Assembly (NCBI RefSeq): GCF_003790525.1
Contig: NZ_CP033635.1
DNA length: 64,000 bases
Source of the DNA: Escherichia coli
Lineage (GTDB): Bacteria > Pseudomonadota > Gammaproteobacteria > Enterobacterales > Enterobacteriaceae
Reading direction: 5' to 3' (one strand)
Position 1 is the first letter of the stretch. The number at the start of each line of letters is the position of its first letter. The notes below the pieces were generated by a model. The model was not told where the DNA came from, did no database searches, and saw only the letters and a program-made list of their open reading frames with translations. Made by a program: the position numbers and the translations under genes. Positions 1 to 10,070 of this stretch are shown one piece after another.

Positions 1-32
1 ATGGGGTCCATCACGATGCCGAGCTTGATCAT
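1..32 (-). CDS. gshB: glutathione synthetase, N-terminal fragment (gene continues beyond window start)
   Basis: Reverse complement of 1..32 reads ATGATCAAGCTCGGCATCGTGATGGACCCCAT = MIKLGIVMDP, the GshB N-terminus; lies just downstream of rsmE as in E. coli. Confidence 0.6.
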   Translation of the reverse strand, partial: MIKLGIVMDP

Positions 33-44
33 TATTCTTCTCCG

Positions 45-776
45 TTAGCCCAAATCGCCAAATCGTACTTGTAGCGCGGTAATGGCGGTGAGCGCAGTTG
101 TCTCTGTACGCAAAACGCGAGGTCCCAACAGGATATCAGTAAATTGATAGCGGGCAGTCATGGCAATTTCATCTGCCGATAAACCGCCTTCCGGGCCAAT
201 CAGCAGGCGGACGCGTTCGACCGGTAACGGCAACGTATTGATGCTGTTACTGGCGCGCGGGTGAAGATTCAGTTTCAGTCCTTCATCCTGCTCTGCACAC
301 CAGGCTTCCAGATCCATCGCTGGACGGATTTCCGGCACCCGGTTACGACCACACTGCTCACAGGCAGCAATTGCAATCTTCTGCCACTGCTGGAGCTTCT
401 TGTTCAGACGTTCACTATCCAGTTTAACGCCGCAGCGCTCAGAAAAAAGTGGCGTAATGAGGCTTACACCGAGTTCGATCGATTTCTGGATCGTAAATTC
501 CATTTTTTCGCCACGCGACATCACCTGACCGAGGTGAATATGCAGCGGAGATTCACGATCGTCGATCTGTCCTTCCAGCACCTTCACTTCCACGCTTTTT
601 TTGCTGGCGCTGGTAATTTCGGCGTCAAAGACCTGGTTGCTGCCGTCAAATAATTGCAACGCCTGCCCCGGCCCCATACGCAGTACGCGCCCGATATGGT
701 TGGCGGCATCTTCGCAAAGCGCGATGTGAGAATGGCTGGTCAGTGGTTCAGGATGATAAATGCGGGGGATACGCAT
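45..776 (-). CDS. rsmE: 16S rRNA (uracil1498-N3)-methyltransferase
   Basis: ORF 45..803; internal start [12 protein letters not shown] matches remembered RsmE N-terminus; ATG at 776. Confidence 0.9.
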
Positions 777-855
777 AGTTAAAAATCCGCGTCGTCTCCC
801 CACGCGGTTGTACGCGTGGGGTAGGGGTTAACAAAAAGAATCCCGCTAGTGTAGG

Positions 856-1563
856 TTAGCTCTTTCGCGCCTGGCAAGCGCGTTGCACATACGGGTTATG
901 ATTGCCCTGCACCTTCGCGATGCGTTCATCACGCTCGCACTCCCAGTCGGTAACCGGATACATCTTGTTCCATGCGTTGAACAGCTGCGTTTGCTGGCGG
1001 GAGAGTGTCAGGTTGTATTGGTCGCGCATATAGAAGTAGGTGCGCGCAATGGCACCGCGTGCACGCGCTGGTGGTTCGGCCGCTTTTTCTTTGAAATCGA
1101 CCTTCATGGCGCATTGACCGTACTGGCCTTCGCCGCCATTCCACTGGCTGTACATAAAGTTGCCGCGATCGCCATTCACCTCGCCGACTGACGGTTGCAG
1201 GTTATGCATATCGCTTTCCATCTTGCGATAGACCGGATCTTTGGCGCAATTTTTACGTCCACCGTCCTGCCAGCACTGGCGCTGGTGACCGAATTGCCAG
1301 GCGGGAACGACGTGTTCCCACTCTACGCGGCTGGCGCGGTTTTCATTTTTGCGCACCTGATAGCCGCACGATTGCAGATCAACAACGCCTTTTTTGCCCT
1401 GCCAGTTAATTTTACATCCGCAATAAAACGTACCGGGCGCATCAGCGTGGACTTTTACCGCCGCGGCTTTCGCCTGAGAAAAACTATTGATACCTTCGGC
1501 CAACGCCGGGCCGGAAAATGCTGCGCTCAGTACCACCGCAGCAATAGACAAATAACGGTACAT
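856..1563 (-). CDS. endA: periplasmic endonuclease I
   Basis: ORF translation [22 protein letters not shown]... (signal peptide) matches EndA; second Met taken as start. Confidence 0.9.
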
Positions 1564-1657
1564 CACTTACTCCGTGTTAAAACGAGCCAGCAACGTAGCG
1601 AAAGTTGTTTTAGTATGCAATCAGCCAGATCAGGAAAGTTCCTGATAGTTCAGGTGG

Positions 1658-2155
1658 TTACTTTGCAATCAGCTGTTCACCGCAGTGAACACAGCGATAG
1701 ACGGCCTCGCCACGAACTACGCGATTATGGCGGCGTACGGTAAGCTGATGCTCCTGGCACTTGCAGCGGTAGGGGAAGGTGTTGCGACGCACGGATTGCA
1801 GTTCGAACTGATGCGTACGACGGGCGGGAACGCCCAGCACGTTTTCCATCATCCACTTCCACTCTTTGCCATGTGGCGCTACGCGGCCGAAATGTTTCCA
1901 TACCAGCAAATGTGCCAGTTCGTGCGGCACCACTTCTTCAATAAAGGCTTCACTGTTTTCCAACAGCAAAACGGGATTGAGGCGAATTTCATAGCTTTCC
2001 AGCCAGGCTGTTCCGGCGGAGGTGCCGCGCTGGGTGTAAGAGAGTTTTGGCTCCGGGTAGTTACGTCCTAGCTTCAGGTTGGCCTGGGCGAGTTTTTCCC
2101 GCAGGCGACGCATAACGGCTTGTTGGATGGCGATAGGGAGACGGGATGTTTTCAT
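1658..2155 (-). CDS. sprT: SprT family zinc-metalloprotease-like protein
   Basis: 165-aa ORF with HELAH zinc motif and C-terminal CxxC pairs; position between endA and galP. Confidence 0.85.
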   Translation of the reverse strand: MKTSRLPIAIQQAVMRRLREKLAQANLKLGRNYPEPKLSYTQRGTSAGTAWLESYEIRLNPVLLLENSEAFIEEVVPHELAHLLVWKHFGRVAPHGKEWKWMMENVLGVPARRTHQFELQSVRRNTFPYRCKCQEHQLTVRRHNRVVRGEAVYRCVHCGEQLIAK

Positions 2156-2174
2156 AGCGGCAGAGGATAGAGCG

Positions 2175-2223
2175 AAGAAAAGATGACTGCAAGAGGTGGC
2201 TTCCTCCGCGACGGGAGGAAGCC
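2175..2223 (-). terminator. putative intrinsic terminator downstream of galP
   Basis: GC-rich inverted repeat ggcttcctcc...ggaggaagcc followed on minus strand by U-rich tract. Confidence 0.4.
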
Positions 2224-2231
2224 TGAGGAGA

Positions 2232-3626
2232 TTAATCGTGAGCGCCGATTTCGCGCAGTTTACGACCTTTCATCAGATTACGTTCAATATGTTCCAGCGA
2301 AACGTGTTTGGTTTCCGGTACCAGCCACAATGTCAGCAAGATAAACAGTACGTTCAGAGCCGCATACACCCAGAAGGTGTTGGCGTTACCCAGCGTGTTG
2401 AGCATGGTCAGGAACGTTGCGCCAACGATCATGTTGGCAATCCAGTTGGTGGCGGTGGAGCAGGTGATGCCAAAATCGCGGCCTTTCAGCGGCTGAATTT
2501 CGGAGCACAGTACCCAAATCAGCGGACCGGCACTCATGGCAAAACCGACAATAAACATCAGCAGCATGGCGATAGCGAAATACTGCGCCGACGGAGAGTG
2601 GATACCGATATGCATCATTGTACCGAGTACGCCCATGCCAGCAGCCATCACCAGGAAGCCCAGCGTTAGCGTTGGTTTACGTCCCCAGCGGTCAACAAGG
2701 CCGATTGCGATAAAGGTGGCGAGTACGTTAGTCAGGCCGACGATCACCGTCCCCCACATTTGCTCGGTAGTGTTGGTATAACCCGCCAGTTCGAAGATTT
2801 TCGGCGCGTAATACATGATGACGTTCATCCCGGTGAATTGCTGCATTACCTGCAACAGTACGCCAAGGAACACCGCGCGGCGGAAGTTGCTGTTCTCTTT
2901 AAACAGCGCCCAGCCACTCTGTTTAACCTGCAAACTTTCACGGATTTCATCCAGTTCACGTTTCGCTTCCGCGCTGGTGTCACGCAGGCGCAGCAGCACG
3001 CGTTCGGCATCAACAAAACGGCGTTTGGCGGCAAACCAACGAGGGCTGTCTGGCAGGAAGAAGACACCAATCAGCAGCAAAATTGCCGGGATGATAATCA
3101 CACCCAGCATCCAGCGCCATGCACCGGTGTAGCTGAAGGCGGTATCAGAAAGATAAGCACCGAGGATCCCGATAGTGATCATCAACTGATACATCGAGAT
3201 CATACTGCCGCGAATTTTTTCCGGCGCAATTTCTGACAGGTACAGTGGTGCGGTATAAGAGGCCACACCCACCGCCAGCCCCAGCAGAACGCGGGAAAGA
3301 ATCAGTACTTCAACGTTTGGCGCAGCCGCAGAGAACAGTGAACCGGCAACAAACAGGATTGCGCCGATCATCAGGCTCTTTTTGCGCCCGAGTTTAAAGG
3401 AGAGCCAGCCGCTGCCCACCGCACCGACTGCCGCACCGAACATCATGGAGCTTACGACCCATTCTTGCGTGTGCGAAGTAATCTGGAATTCATCTGCAAT
3501 AAACGGCAGTGCGCCAGCAATTACACCGATATCCAGGCCAAAGAGTAATCCCGCCAGAGCAGCAAGGAAGCAGACGAAAAACGTCATTGCCTTGTTTGAC
3601 CGCCCCTGTTTTTTAGCGTCAGGCAT
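2232..3626 (-). CDS. galP: galactose:H+ symporter (MFS sugar porter)
   Basis: ORF 2232..3638; [38 protein letters not shown] matches GalP; start at internal Met. Confidence 0.92.
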   Translation of the reverse strand: MPDAKKQGRSNKAMTFFVCFLAALAGLLFGLDIGVIAGALPFIADEFQITSHTQEWVVSSMMFGAAVGAVGSGWLSFKLGRKKSLMIGAILFVAGSLFSAAAPNVEVLILSRVLLGLAVGVASYTAPLYLSEIAPEKIRGSMISMYQLMITIGILGAYLSDTAFSYTGAWRWMLGVIIIPAILLLIGVFFLPDSPRWFAAKRRFVDAERVLLRLRDTSAEAKRELDEIRESLQVKQSGWALFKENSNFRRAVFLGVLLQVMQQFTGMNVIMYYAPKIFELAGYTNTTEQMWGTVIVGLTNVLATFIAIGLVDRWGRKPTLTLGFLVMAAGMGVLGTMMHIGIHSPSAQYFAIAMLLMFIVGFAMSAGPLIWVLCSEIQPLKGRDFGITCSTATNWIANMIVGATFLTMLNTLGNANTFWVYAALNVLFILLTLWLVPETKHVSLEHIERNLMKGRKLREIGAHD

Positions 3627-3970
3627 GATGCCCTCCAATATGGTTATTTTTTATTGTGAATTAAGATAGGTGAGTACGACGTAAAAAGATGTGAAGCAAA
3701 TCACATCAGTGTAATCGCTTACACTAACATTTATCTTGGTTATGATTTAAGTGCATGAAAATAATTGAGTTATATCATCATAGATTAAACGCTGTTATCT
3801 GCAATTAAGACTTTACTGAAAAGAAATGTAACAACTGTGAAAACCGAATAATAATATGAAAATATTACAAATCTTTGGCTGGTGTGGTTGGTGTAATCGG
3901 TTTCAGTAGCGATGATAATTTGCGGTAAAACGTGTTCAGGAAGAATGATGTTATTGTGCGGGCAGCTTTT

Positions 3971-4003
3971 TGCCGGATGCCGCGTGAACGCCTATCCACC
4001 GCG
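3971..4003. repeat. REP-like palindromic element (degenerate)
   Basis: tgccggatgccgcgtgaacgcctatcc resembles E. coli REP consensus GCCGGATGCGGCGTGAACGCCTTATCCGGCC. Confidence 0.35.
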
Positions 4004-4011
4004 GTGAGGTA

Positions 4012-4042
4012 AAAGAAAAAGGCCAGCGCGAGGCTGGCCTTT
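4012..4042 (-). terminator. metK intrinsic terminator
   Basis: Minus-strand hairpin ggccagcctcgcgctggcc followed by UUUUUCUUUU immediately after metK stop. Confidence 0.6.
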
Positions 4043-4061
4043 GAAAGCAGGTGAAGAAAGA

Positions 4062-5216
4062 TTACTTCAGACCGGCAGCATCGCGCAGCAGCTGCGCTTT
4101 GTCGGTTTTTTCCCACGGGAAATGTTCGCGACCAAAGTGACCGTATGCTGCGGTTTCTTTGTAGATCGGGTGCAGCAGATCCAGCATCTGAATCAGACCG
4201 TATGGACGCAGGTCAAAGAACTCACGTACCAGCAGAGTCAGTTGTTCAGAAGGCACTTTCTCGGTACCGAAAGTTTCCACCATGATAGAGGTCGGTTCAG
4301 CCACGCCGATTGCGTAGGAAACCTGAATTTCACAACGATCGGCCAGGCCAGCAGCAACGATGTTTTTCGCGACATAACGTGCTGCGTACGCTGCGGAACG
4401 GTCCACTTTTGATGGATCTTTACCAGAGAATGCACCACCACCGTGACGTGCCATGCCGCCGTAGGTATCAACGATAATTTTACGACCAGTCAGACCGCAG
4501 TCACCCATCGGGCCACCGATAACAAAACGACCGGTCGGGTTGATGAAGAATTTGGTGGCAGAAGTCAGCCATTCAGCCGGCAGAATCGGCTTGATGATCT
4601 CTTCCATTACCGCTTCTTGCAGCGATTTCTGGTCGATTTCTTCAGAGTGCTGAGTGGAAAGCACGACAGCATCGATACCAACGATTTTGCCGTCGTCATA
4701 CTGGAAAGTCACCTGGCTTTTCGCGTCCGGGCGCAGCCACGGCAGAGTGCCGTTTTTACGCACTTCAGCCTGACGCTGTACCAGACGGTGTGCATAGGTG
4801 ATAGGCGCTGGCATCAGCACGTCGGTTTCATTGGTTGCGTAGCCAAACATCAGACCCTGGTCACCCGCGCCCTGTTCCAGCGGATCGGCACGGTCAACGC
4901 CCTGGTTGATGTCAGGAGACTGTTTACCGATGGCGCTCAGAACCGCACAGGAGTTAGCGTCAAAGCCCATGTCGGAATGCACATAGCCAATTTCGCGAAC
5001 GGTGTTACGGGTGATCTCTTCGATGTCTACCCAGGCGCTGGTGGTGATTTCGCCGCCAACTAAAACCATGCCGGTTTTTACGTAGGTTTCGCAAGCAACG
5101 CGTGCTTTCGGATCCTGTTCGAGGATCGCGTCTAAAACGGCATCAGAGATTTGGTCAGCAATTTTGTCAGGATGCCCTTCAGAGACGGACTCGGACGTAA
5201 AAAGGTGTTTTGCCAT
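4062..5216 (-). CDS. metK: S-adenosylmethionine synthetase
   Basis: ORF 4062..5228; [32 protein letters not shown] matches MetK; start at internal Met. Confidence 0.95.
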
Positions 5217-5256
5217 ATTTAATATCACCTAAAGAGAATTTGGTTAGCTCAAACTG

Positions 5257-5523
5257 TTGTGTGGATTTTCTGTGGTAGCGGATCCTACCACGACTCTGCA
5301 GGTTAAAAACACTGGCAGTCTGAGTGTTAATCGGTATGGATGGATTAACATCTGGATGGCTATTTTAGGTCAGTTCTTCACCCAATTTCCACTTTTTTTT
5401 GAATCGTGTCTCATTCTGTTAAAAACGTGGCTGGAAATTTTTCCTGACAATGCTGGCATTCTGCGTATTTATCTTTTGCAATTTTCTGCCATTGTGGGGT
5501 ATAAAACGCGGCGCGCGGCTTAA
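5257..5523 (+). CDS. small hypothetical ORF in metK-speA intergenic region (position of K-12 yqgD; identity unverified)
   Basis: 88-aa ORF only; no recognisable motifs. Confidence 0.2.
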   Translation: MCGFSVVADPTTTLQVKNTGSLSVNRYGWINIWMAILGQFFTQFPLFFESCLILLKTWLEIFPDNAGILRIYLLQFSAIVGYKTRRAA

Positions 5524-5735
5524 ATAAAAAGCACACGACGTTTCTTTCGTGTTGCCACTTCCAGCCGGGTTGAAAACAGAGTTTTGGCTTGTGGGTTCGT
5601 CTTAACAGGCGGCCGTGGAGGTGATACGAAATAATGAACCGTTGTCTGCTGCTTAACCTGTCTCACCGTTCTGGTGAAGATTCGTTCCCCGCACTCTGCA
5701 TCTCTGCTTTGCATACCTGCCGATGTTATACCCAT
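5520..5735 (-). CDS. small hypothetical ORF (position and 71-aa length consistent with K-12 yqgC; unverified)
   Basis: 71-aa ORF only. Confidence 0.25.
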   Translation of the reverse strand: MGITSAGMQSRDAECGERIFTRTVRQVKQQTTVHYFVSPPRPPVKTNPQAKTLFSTRLEVATRKKRRVLFI

Positions 5736-5870
5736 CTCGGCGCTTCTCAGGATTCAAGAGCTGGTTACAGCTACTGAGGACTGAACAAGGGCGCTCTTGT
5801 AAAAACAAGAGTTTTCTCGTGGTTTCGCCGAACTGTCACACTTACGTTCGGTTATGTGCTTAATAATGTT

Positions 5871-6002
5871 ATGAAAAAGAAACCGGTTGCGCAGTTGGAG
5901 CGTCAGCATTCACTGCTGGAAAATCCATGTGCTTATGGGTTGTTATCGCAGTTCCAGGCTGCGATAGTCGTTAACTGTTTTACACTTAATAAAATAATTT
6001 GA
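5871..6002 (+). CDS. yqgB: small protein YqgB (43 aa) in speA leader
   Basis: Hand translation from ATG 5871: [43 protein letters not shown], stop TGA 6000..6002; ends 8 nt before speA ATG. Confidence 0.7.
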
Positions 6003-6010
6003 GGTTCGCT

Positions 6011-7987
6011 ATGTCTGACGACATGTCTATGGGTTTGCCTTCGTCAGCGGGCGAACACGGTGTACTACGCTCCATGCAGGAGGTTGCAATGAGCTCCCAG
6101 GAAGCCAGCAAGATGCTGCGTACTTACAATATTGCCTGGTGGGGCAATAACTACTATGACGTTAACGAGCTGGGCCACATTAGCGTGTGCCCGGACCCGG
6201 ACGTCCCGGAAGCTCGCGTCGATCTCGCGCAGTTAGTGAAAACTCGCGAAGCACAGGGTCAGCGTCTGCCTGCACTGTTCTGTTTCCCACAGATCCTGCA
6301 GCACCGTTTGCGTTCCATTAACGCCGCGTTCAAACGTGCGCGGGAATCCTACGGCTATAACGGCGATTACTTCCTTGTTTATCCGATCAAAGTTAACCAG
6401 CACCGTCGCGTGATTGAGTCCCTGATTCATTCGGGCGAACCGCTGGGCCTGGAAGCCGGTTCCAAAGCGGAGTTGATGGCGGTGTTGGCACATGCTGGCA
6501 TGACCCGTAGCGTCATCGTCTGCAACGGTTATAAGGACCGCGAATATATCCGCCTGGCATTAATTGGCGAGAAGATGGGCCACAAGGTCTATCTGGTCAT
6601 TGAGAAGATGTCAGAAATTGCCATTGTGCTGGATGAAGCAGAACGTCTGAATGTCGTTCCTCGTCTGGGCGTGCGTGCACGTCTGGCTTCGCAGGGCTCG
6701 GGTAAATGGCAGTCCTCCGGCGGGGAAAAATCGAAGTTCGGCCTGGCGGCGACTCAGGTACTGCAACTGGTTGAAACGCTGCGTGAAGCCGGGCGTCTCG
6801 ACAGCCTGCAACTGCTGCACTTCCACCTCGGTTCGCAGATGGCGAATATTCGCGATATCGCGACAGGCGTTCGTGAATCCGCGCGTTTCTATGTGGAACT
6901 GCACAAGCTGGGCGTCAATATTCAGTGCTTCGACGTCGGCGGCGGTCTGGGCGTGGACTATGAAGGCACCCGTTCGCAGTCCGACTGTTCGGTGAACTAC
7001 GGCCTCAATGAATACGCCAACAACATCATCTGGGCGATTGGTGATGCGTGTGAAGAAAATGGTCTGCCACATCCGACAGTAATCACCGAGTCGGGTCGTG
7101 CGGTGACTGCGCATCACACCGTGCTGGTGTCAAATATCATCGGCGTGGAACGTAACGAATACACGGTGCCGACTGCGCCTGCAGAAGACGCACCGCGCGC
7201 ATTGCAAAGCATGTGGGAAACCTGGCAGGAGATGCACGAACCGGGAACTCGCCGTTCTCTGCGTGAATGGTTACACGACAGCCAGATGGATCTGCACGAT
7301 ATTCATATCGGCTACTCTTCCGGCACCTTTAGCCTGCAAGAACGCGCATGGGCTGAGCAGCTTTATTTGAGCATGTGCCATGAAGTGCAAAAGCAGCTGG
7401 ATCCGCAAAACCGTGCTCATCGTCCGATTATCGACGAGCTGCAGGAACGTATGGCGGACAAAATGTACGTCAACTTCTCGCTGTTCCAGTCGATGCCGGA
7501 TGCGTGGGGGATCGACCAGTTGTTCCCGGTTCTGCCGCTGGAAGGGTTGGATCAAGTGCCGGAACGCCGCGCTGTGCTGCTGGATATTACCTGTGACTCT
7601 GACGGTGCTATTGATCACTATATTGATGGTGATGGTATTGCCACGACAATGCCAATGCCGGAGTACGATCCAGAGAATCCGCCGATGCTCGGTTTCTTCA
7701 TGGTCGGCGCATATCAGGAGATCCTCGGCAACATGCACAACCTGTTCGGTGATACCGAAGCGGTTGACGTGTTCGTCTTCCCTGACGGCAGCGTAGAAGT
7801 AGAACTGTCTGACGAAGGCGATACCGTGGCGGATATGCTGCAATATGTACAGCTCGATCCGAAAACGTTGTTAACCCAGTTCCGTGATCAAGTGAAGAAA
7901 ACCGATCTTGATGCTGAACTGCAACAACAGTTCCTTGAAGAGTTCGAGGCAGGTTTGTACGGTTATACCTATCTTGAAGATGAATAA
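6011..7987 (+). CDS. speA: biosynthetic arginine decarboxylase
   Basis: ORF 5999..7987; [45 protein letters not shown] matches SpeA; ATG at 6011. Confidence 0.95.
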
Positions 7988-8004
7988 TTAAGATTATTCC
8001 GCTG

Positions 8005-8045
8005 GCGGGTCGATTTATTTACGTAAATCGGCCCGCTTTCTTTTT
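8005..8045 (+). terminator. speA intrinsic terminator
   Basis: Inverted repeat gcgggtcgattta/taaatcggcccgc followed by tttcttttt. Confidence 0.6.
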
Positions 8046-8132
8046 ATATATTCTTAAAAATAATTTAGCTGCTTTTCTTATTAAATAATCCCCCTACAAT
8101 CGCTGCATTAATTAAATGCAGAGGGAACGGTT

Positions 8133-8864
8133 ATGAAAAAATGGAAAGTACGTAGCGCGTTGATAGCATTAGCCGTGCTGCTGGCCGGTTGTTCCAGTAA
8201 TGCGCAGTATAATAGCAGTGCATCAGGCAATGTCGGCACCGCCTGGGGTGGGGATGTGCACTCATCGGTTCAGGGCGTATCTGCTGAACGAGTCTGGCGC
8301 GATCCGGCAGAGATGATCGTTATTAGTTATTCGACTACTGTTCCTTCGGGCTACGACCGCGTTTATAGCATTCGTATTAACGAACTTGAATATGCTATTC
8401 GCGATGGTAATTTTAATTCTCTACCTATTACGCGGGTTTATGATTCGTCAAATAATGAACCACGCTATATTGTCCATGCCAGAGTAGGAATGAATTATCA
8501 ATTATATGTCCGCAATTACAGTCGTAATACCAACTACGAGATCGTTGCTACGGTTGATGGCCTGGATGTGCTGAACGGCAAGCAAGGTTCGCTGAATAAC
8601 AACGGCTATATTGTGAATGCCGGAGATTCGTTAGCGATTAAAGGATTCCGCAAAGATAAACATACCGAAGCGGCTTTTCAGTTCGCCAACGTTGTTGATT
8701 CCTACGCAGCCAATTCGGCGCAAGGCGATGTGCGTAATACCGGTGTAATCGGCTTTGCCGCCTTTGAATTACAAGGCCCGGCGCAAAACGCGCTGCCGCC
8801 GTGCTCTGGACAAGCCTTTCCGGCGGACAACAATGGCTATGCGCCGCCACCGTGTCGGAAATAG
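8133..8864 (+). CDS. predicted lipoprotein of unknown function (243 aa); not recalled in K-12 between speA and speB
   Basis: Signal peptide MKKWKVRSALIALAVLLAGC with lipobox LAGC; SD gagggaa upstream; own terminator downstream; N/S/Y-rich mature region; lower GC than neighbours by eye. Confidence 0.75.
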   Translation: MKKWKVRSALIALAVLLAGCSSNAQYNSSASGNVGTAWGGDVHSSVQGVSAERVWRDPAEMIVISYSTTVPSGYDRVYSIRINELEYAIRDGNFNSLPITRVYDSSNNEPRYIVHARVGMNYQLYVRNYSRNTNYEIVATVDGLDVLNGKQGSLNNNGYIVNAGDSLAIKGFRKDKHTEAAFQFANVVDSYAANSAQGDVRNTGVIGFAAFELQGPAQNALPPCSGQAFPADNNGYAPPPCRK

Positions 8865-8930
8865 CAACCTCGCTTGATGCCTCGTCCATTTAAGGCGATA
8901 ATTAGCGCAAACTTGTGTTTCGCAAATCCA

Positions 8931-8972
8931 ACCCTTCCTCGTCGGGCCTAACGACGCGGAAGGGTTTTTTTA
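8931..8972 (+). terminator. intrinsic terminator after lipoprotein ORF
   Basis: Hairpin cccttcc...ggaaggg followed by ttttttt. Confidence 0.6.
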
Positions 8973-8999
8973 TATCGACTTTGTAATAGGAGTCCATCC

Positions 9000-9920
9000 A
9001 TGAGCACCTTAGGTCATCAATACGATAACTCACTGGTTTCCAACGCCTTTGGTTTTTTACGCCTGCCGATGAACTTCCAGCCATATGACAGCGATGCTGA
9101 CTGGGTGATTACTGGCGTGCCGTTCGATATGGCCACTTCTGGTCGTGCGGGTGGTCGCCACGGTCCGGCAGCGATCCGTCAGGTTTCGACGAATCTGGCC
9201 TGGGAACACAATCGCTTCCCGTGGAATTTCGACATGCGTGAGCGCCTGAACGTCGTGGACTGCGGCGATCTGGTATATGCCTTCGGAGATGCCCGTGAGA
9301 TGAGCGAGAAGCTGCAGGCGCACGCCGAGAAGCTGCTGGCTGCCGGTAAGCGTATGCTCTCCTTCGGTGGTGACCACTTTGTTACGCTGCCGCTGCTGCG
9401 TGCTCATGCGAAGCATTTCGGTAAAATGGCGCTGGTACACTTTGACGCCCATACCGATACCTACGCTAACGGTTGTGAATTTGACCACGGCACCATGTTC
9501 TATACCGCGCCGAAAGAAGGTCTGATCGACCCGAATCATTCCGTGCAGATTGGTATTCGTACCGAGTTTGATAAAGACAACGGCTTTACCGTGCTGGACG
9601 CCTGCCAGGTGAACGATCGCAGCGTGGATGACGTTATCGCTCAGGTGAAACAGATTGTAGGTGATATGCCGGTTTACCTGACCTTTGATATCGACTGCCT
9701 GGATCCTGCTTTCGCGCCGGGAACCGGTACGCCAGTAATTGGCGGCCTGACCTCCGATCGCGCTATTAAACTGGTACGCGGCCTGAAAGATCTCAACATT
9801 GTTGGGATGGACGTAGTGGAAGTGGCTCCGGCATACGATCAGTCGGAAATCACCGCTCTGGCTGCGGCGACGCTGGCGCTGGAAATGCTGTATATTCAGG
9901 CGGCGAAAAAGGGCGAGTAA
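9000..9920 (+). CDS. speB: agmatinase (agmatine ureohydrolase)
   Basis: 306-aa [38 protein letters not shown]... matches SpeB; arginase-family metal-binding motifs (DAHTD, DIDCLD). Confidence 0.95.
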   Translation: MSTLGHQYDNSLVSNAFGFLRLPMNFQPYDSDADWVITGVPFDMATSGRAGGRHGPAAIRQVSTNLAWEHNRFPWNFDMRERLNVVDCGDLVYAFGDAREMSEKLQAHAEKLLAAGKRMLSFGGDHFVTLPLLRAHAKHFGKMALVHFDAHTDTYANGCEFDHGTMFYTAPKEGLIDPNHSVQIGIRTEFDKDNGFTVLDACQVNDRSVDDVIAQVKQIVGDMPVYLTFDIDCLDPAFAPGTGTPVIGGLTSDRAIKLVRGLKDLNIVGMDVVEVAPAYDQSEITALAAATLALEMLYIQAAKKGE

Positions 9921-10070
9921 GTCATCTGCCTGGTTGAATTTTTTACACAGTCCCTTGTCTGGCACAAGGGACTTATCATTTAAAACCTATCCTGTTAATT
10001 AAGTCATCTTTACCCTGACTGCTGTTTTTTTAATGGATTGTTATTATCACGTTTTTAATGGAATAAATAG

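Noticed and set aside
3865-4116. 83-aa minus-strand ORF in galP-metK intergenic region
   Set aside because: Overlaps the metK stop, the metK terminator hairpin and a REP-like element; Arg/Ala-rich low-complexity translation. Probably not a real gene, although K-12 annotations contain small y-genes nearby whose exact coordinates I cannot recall.
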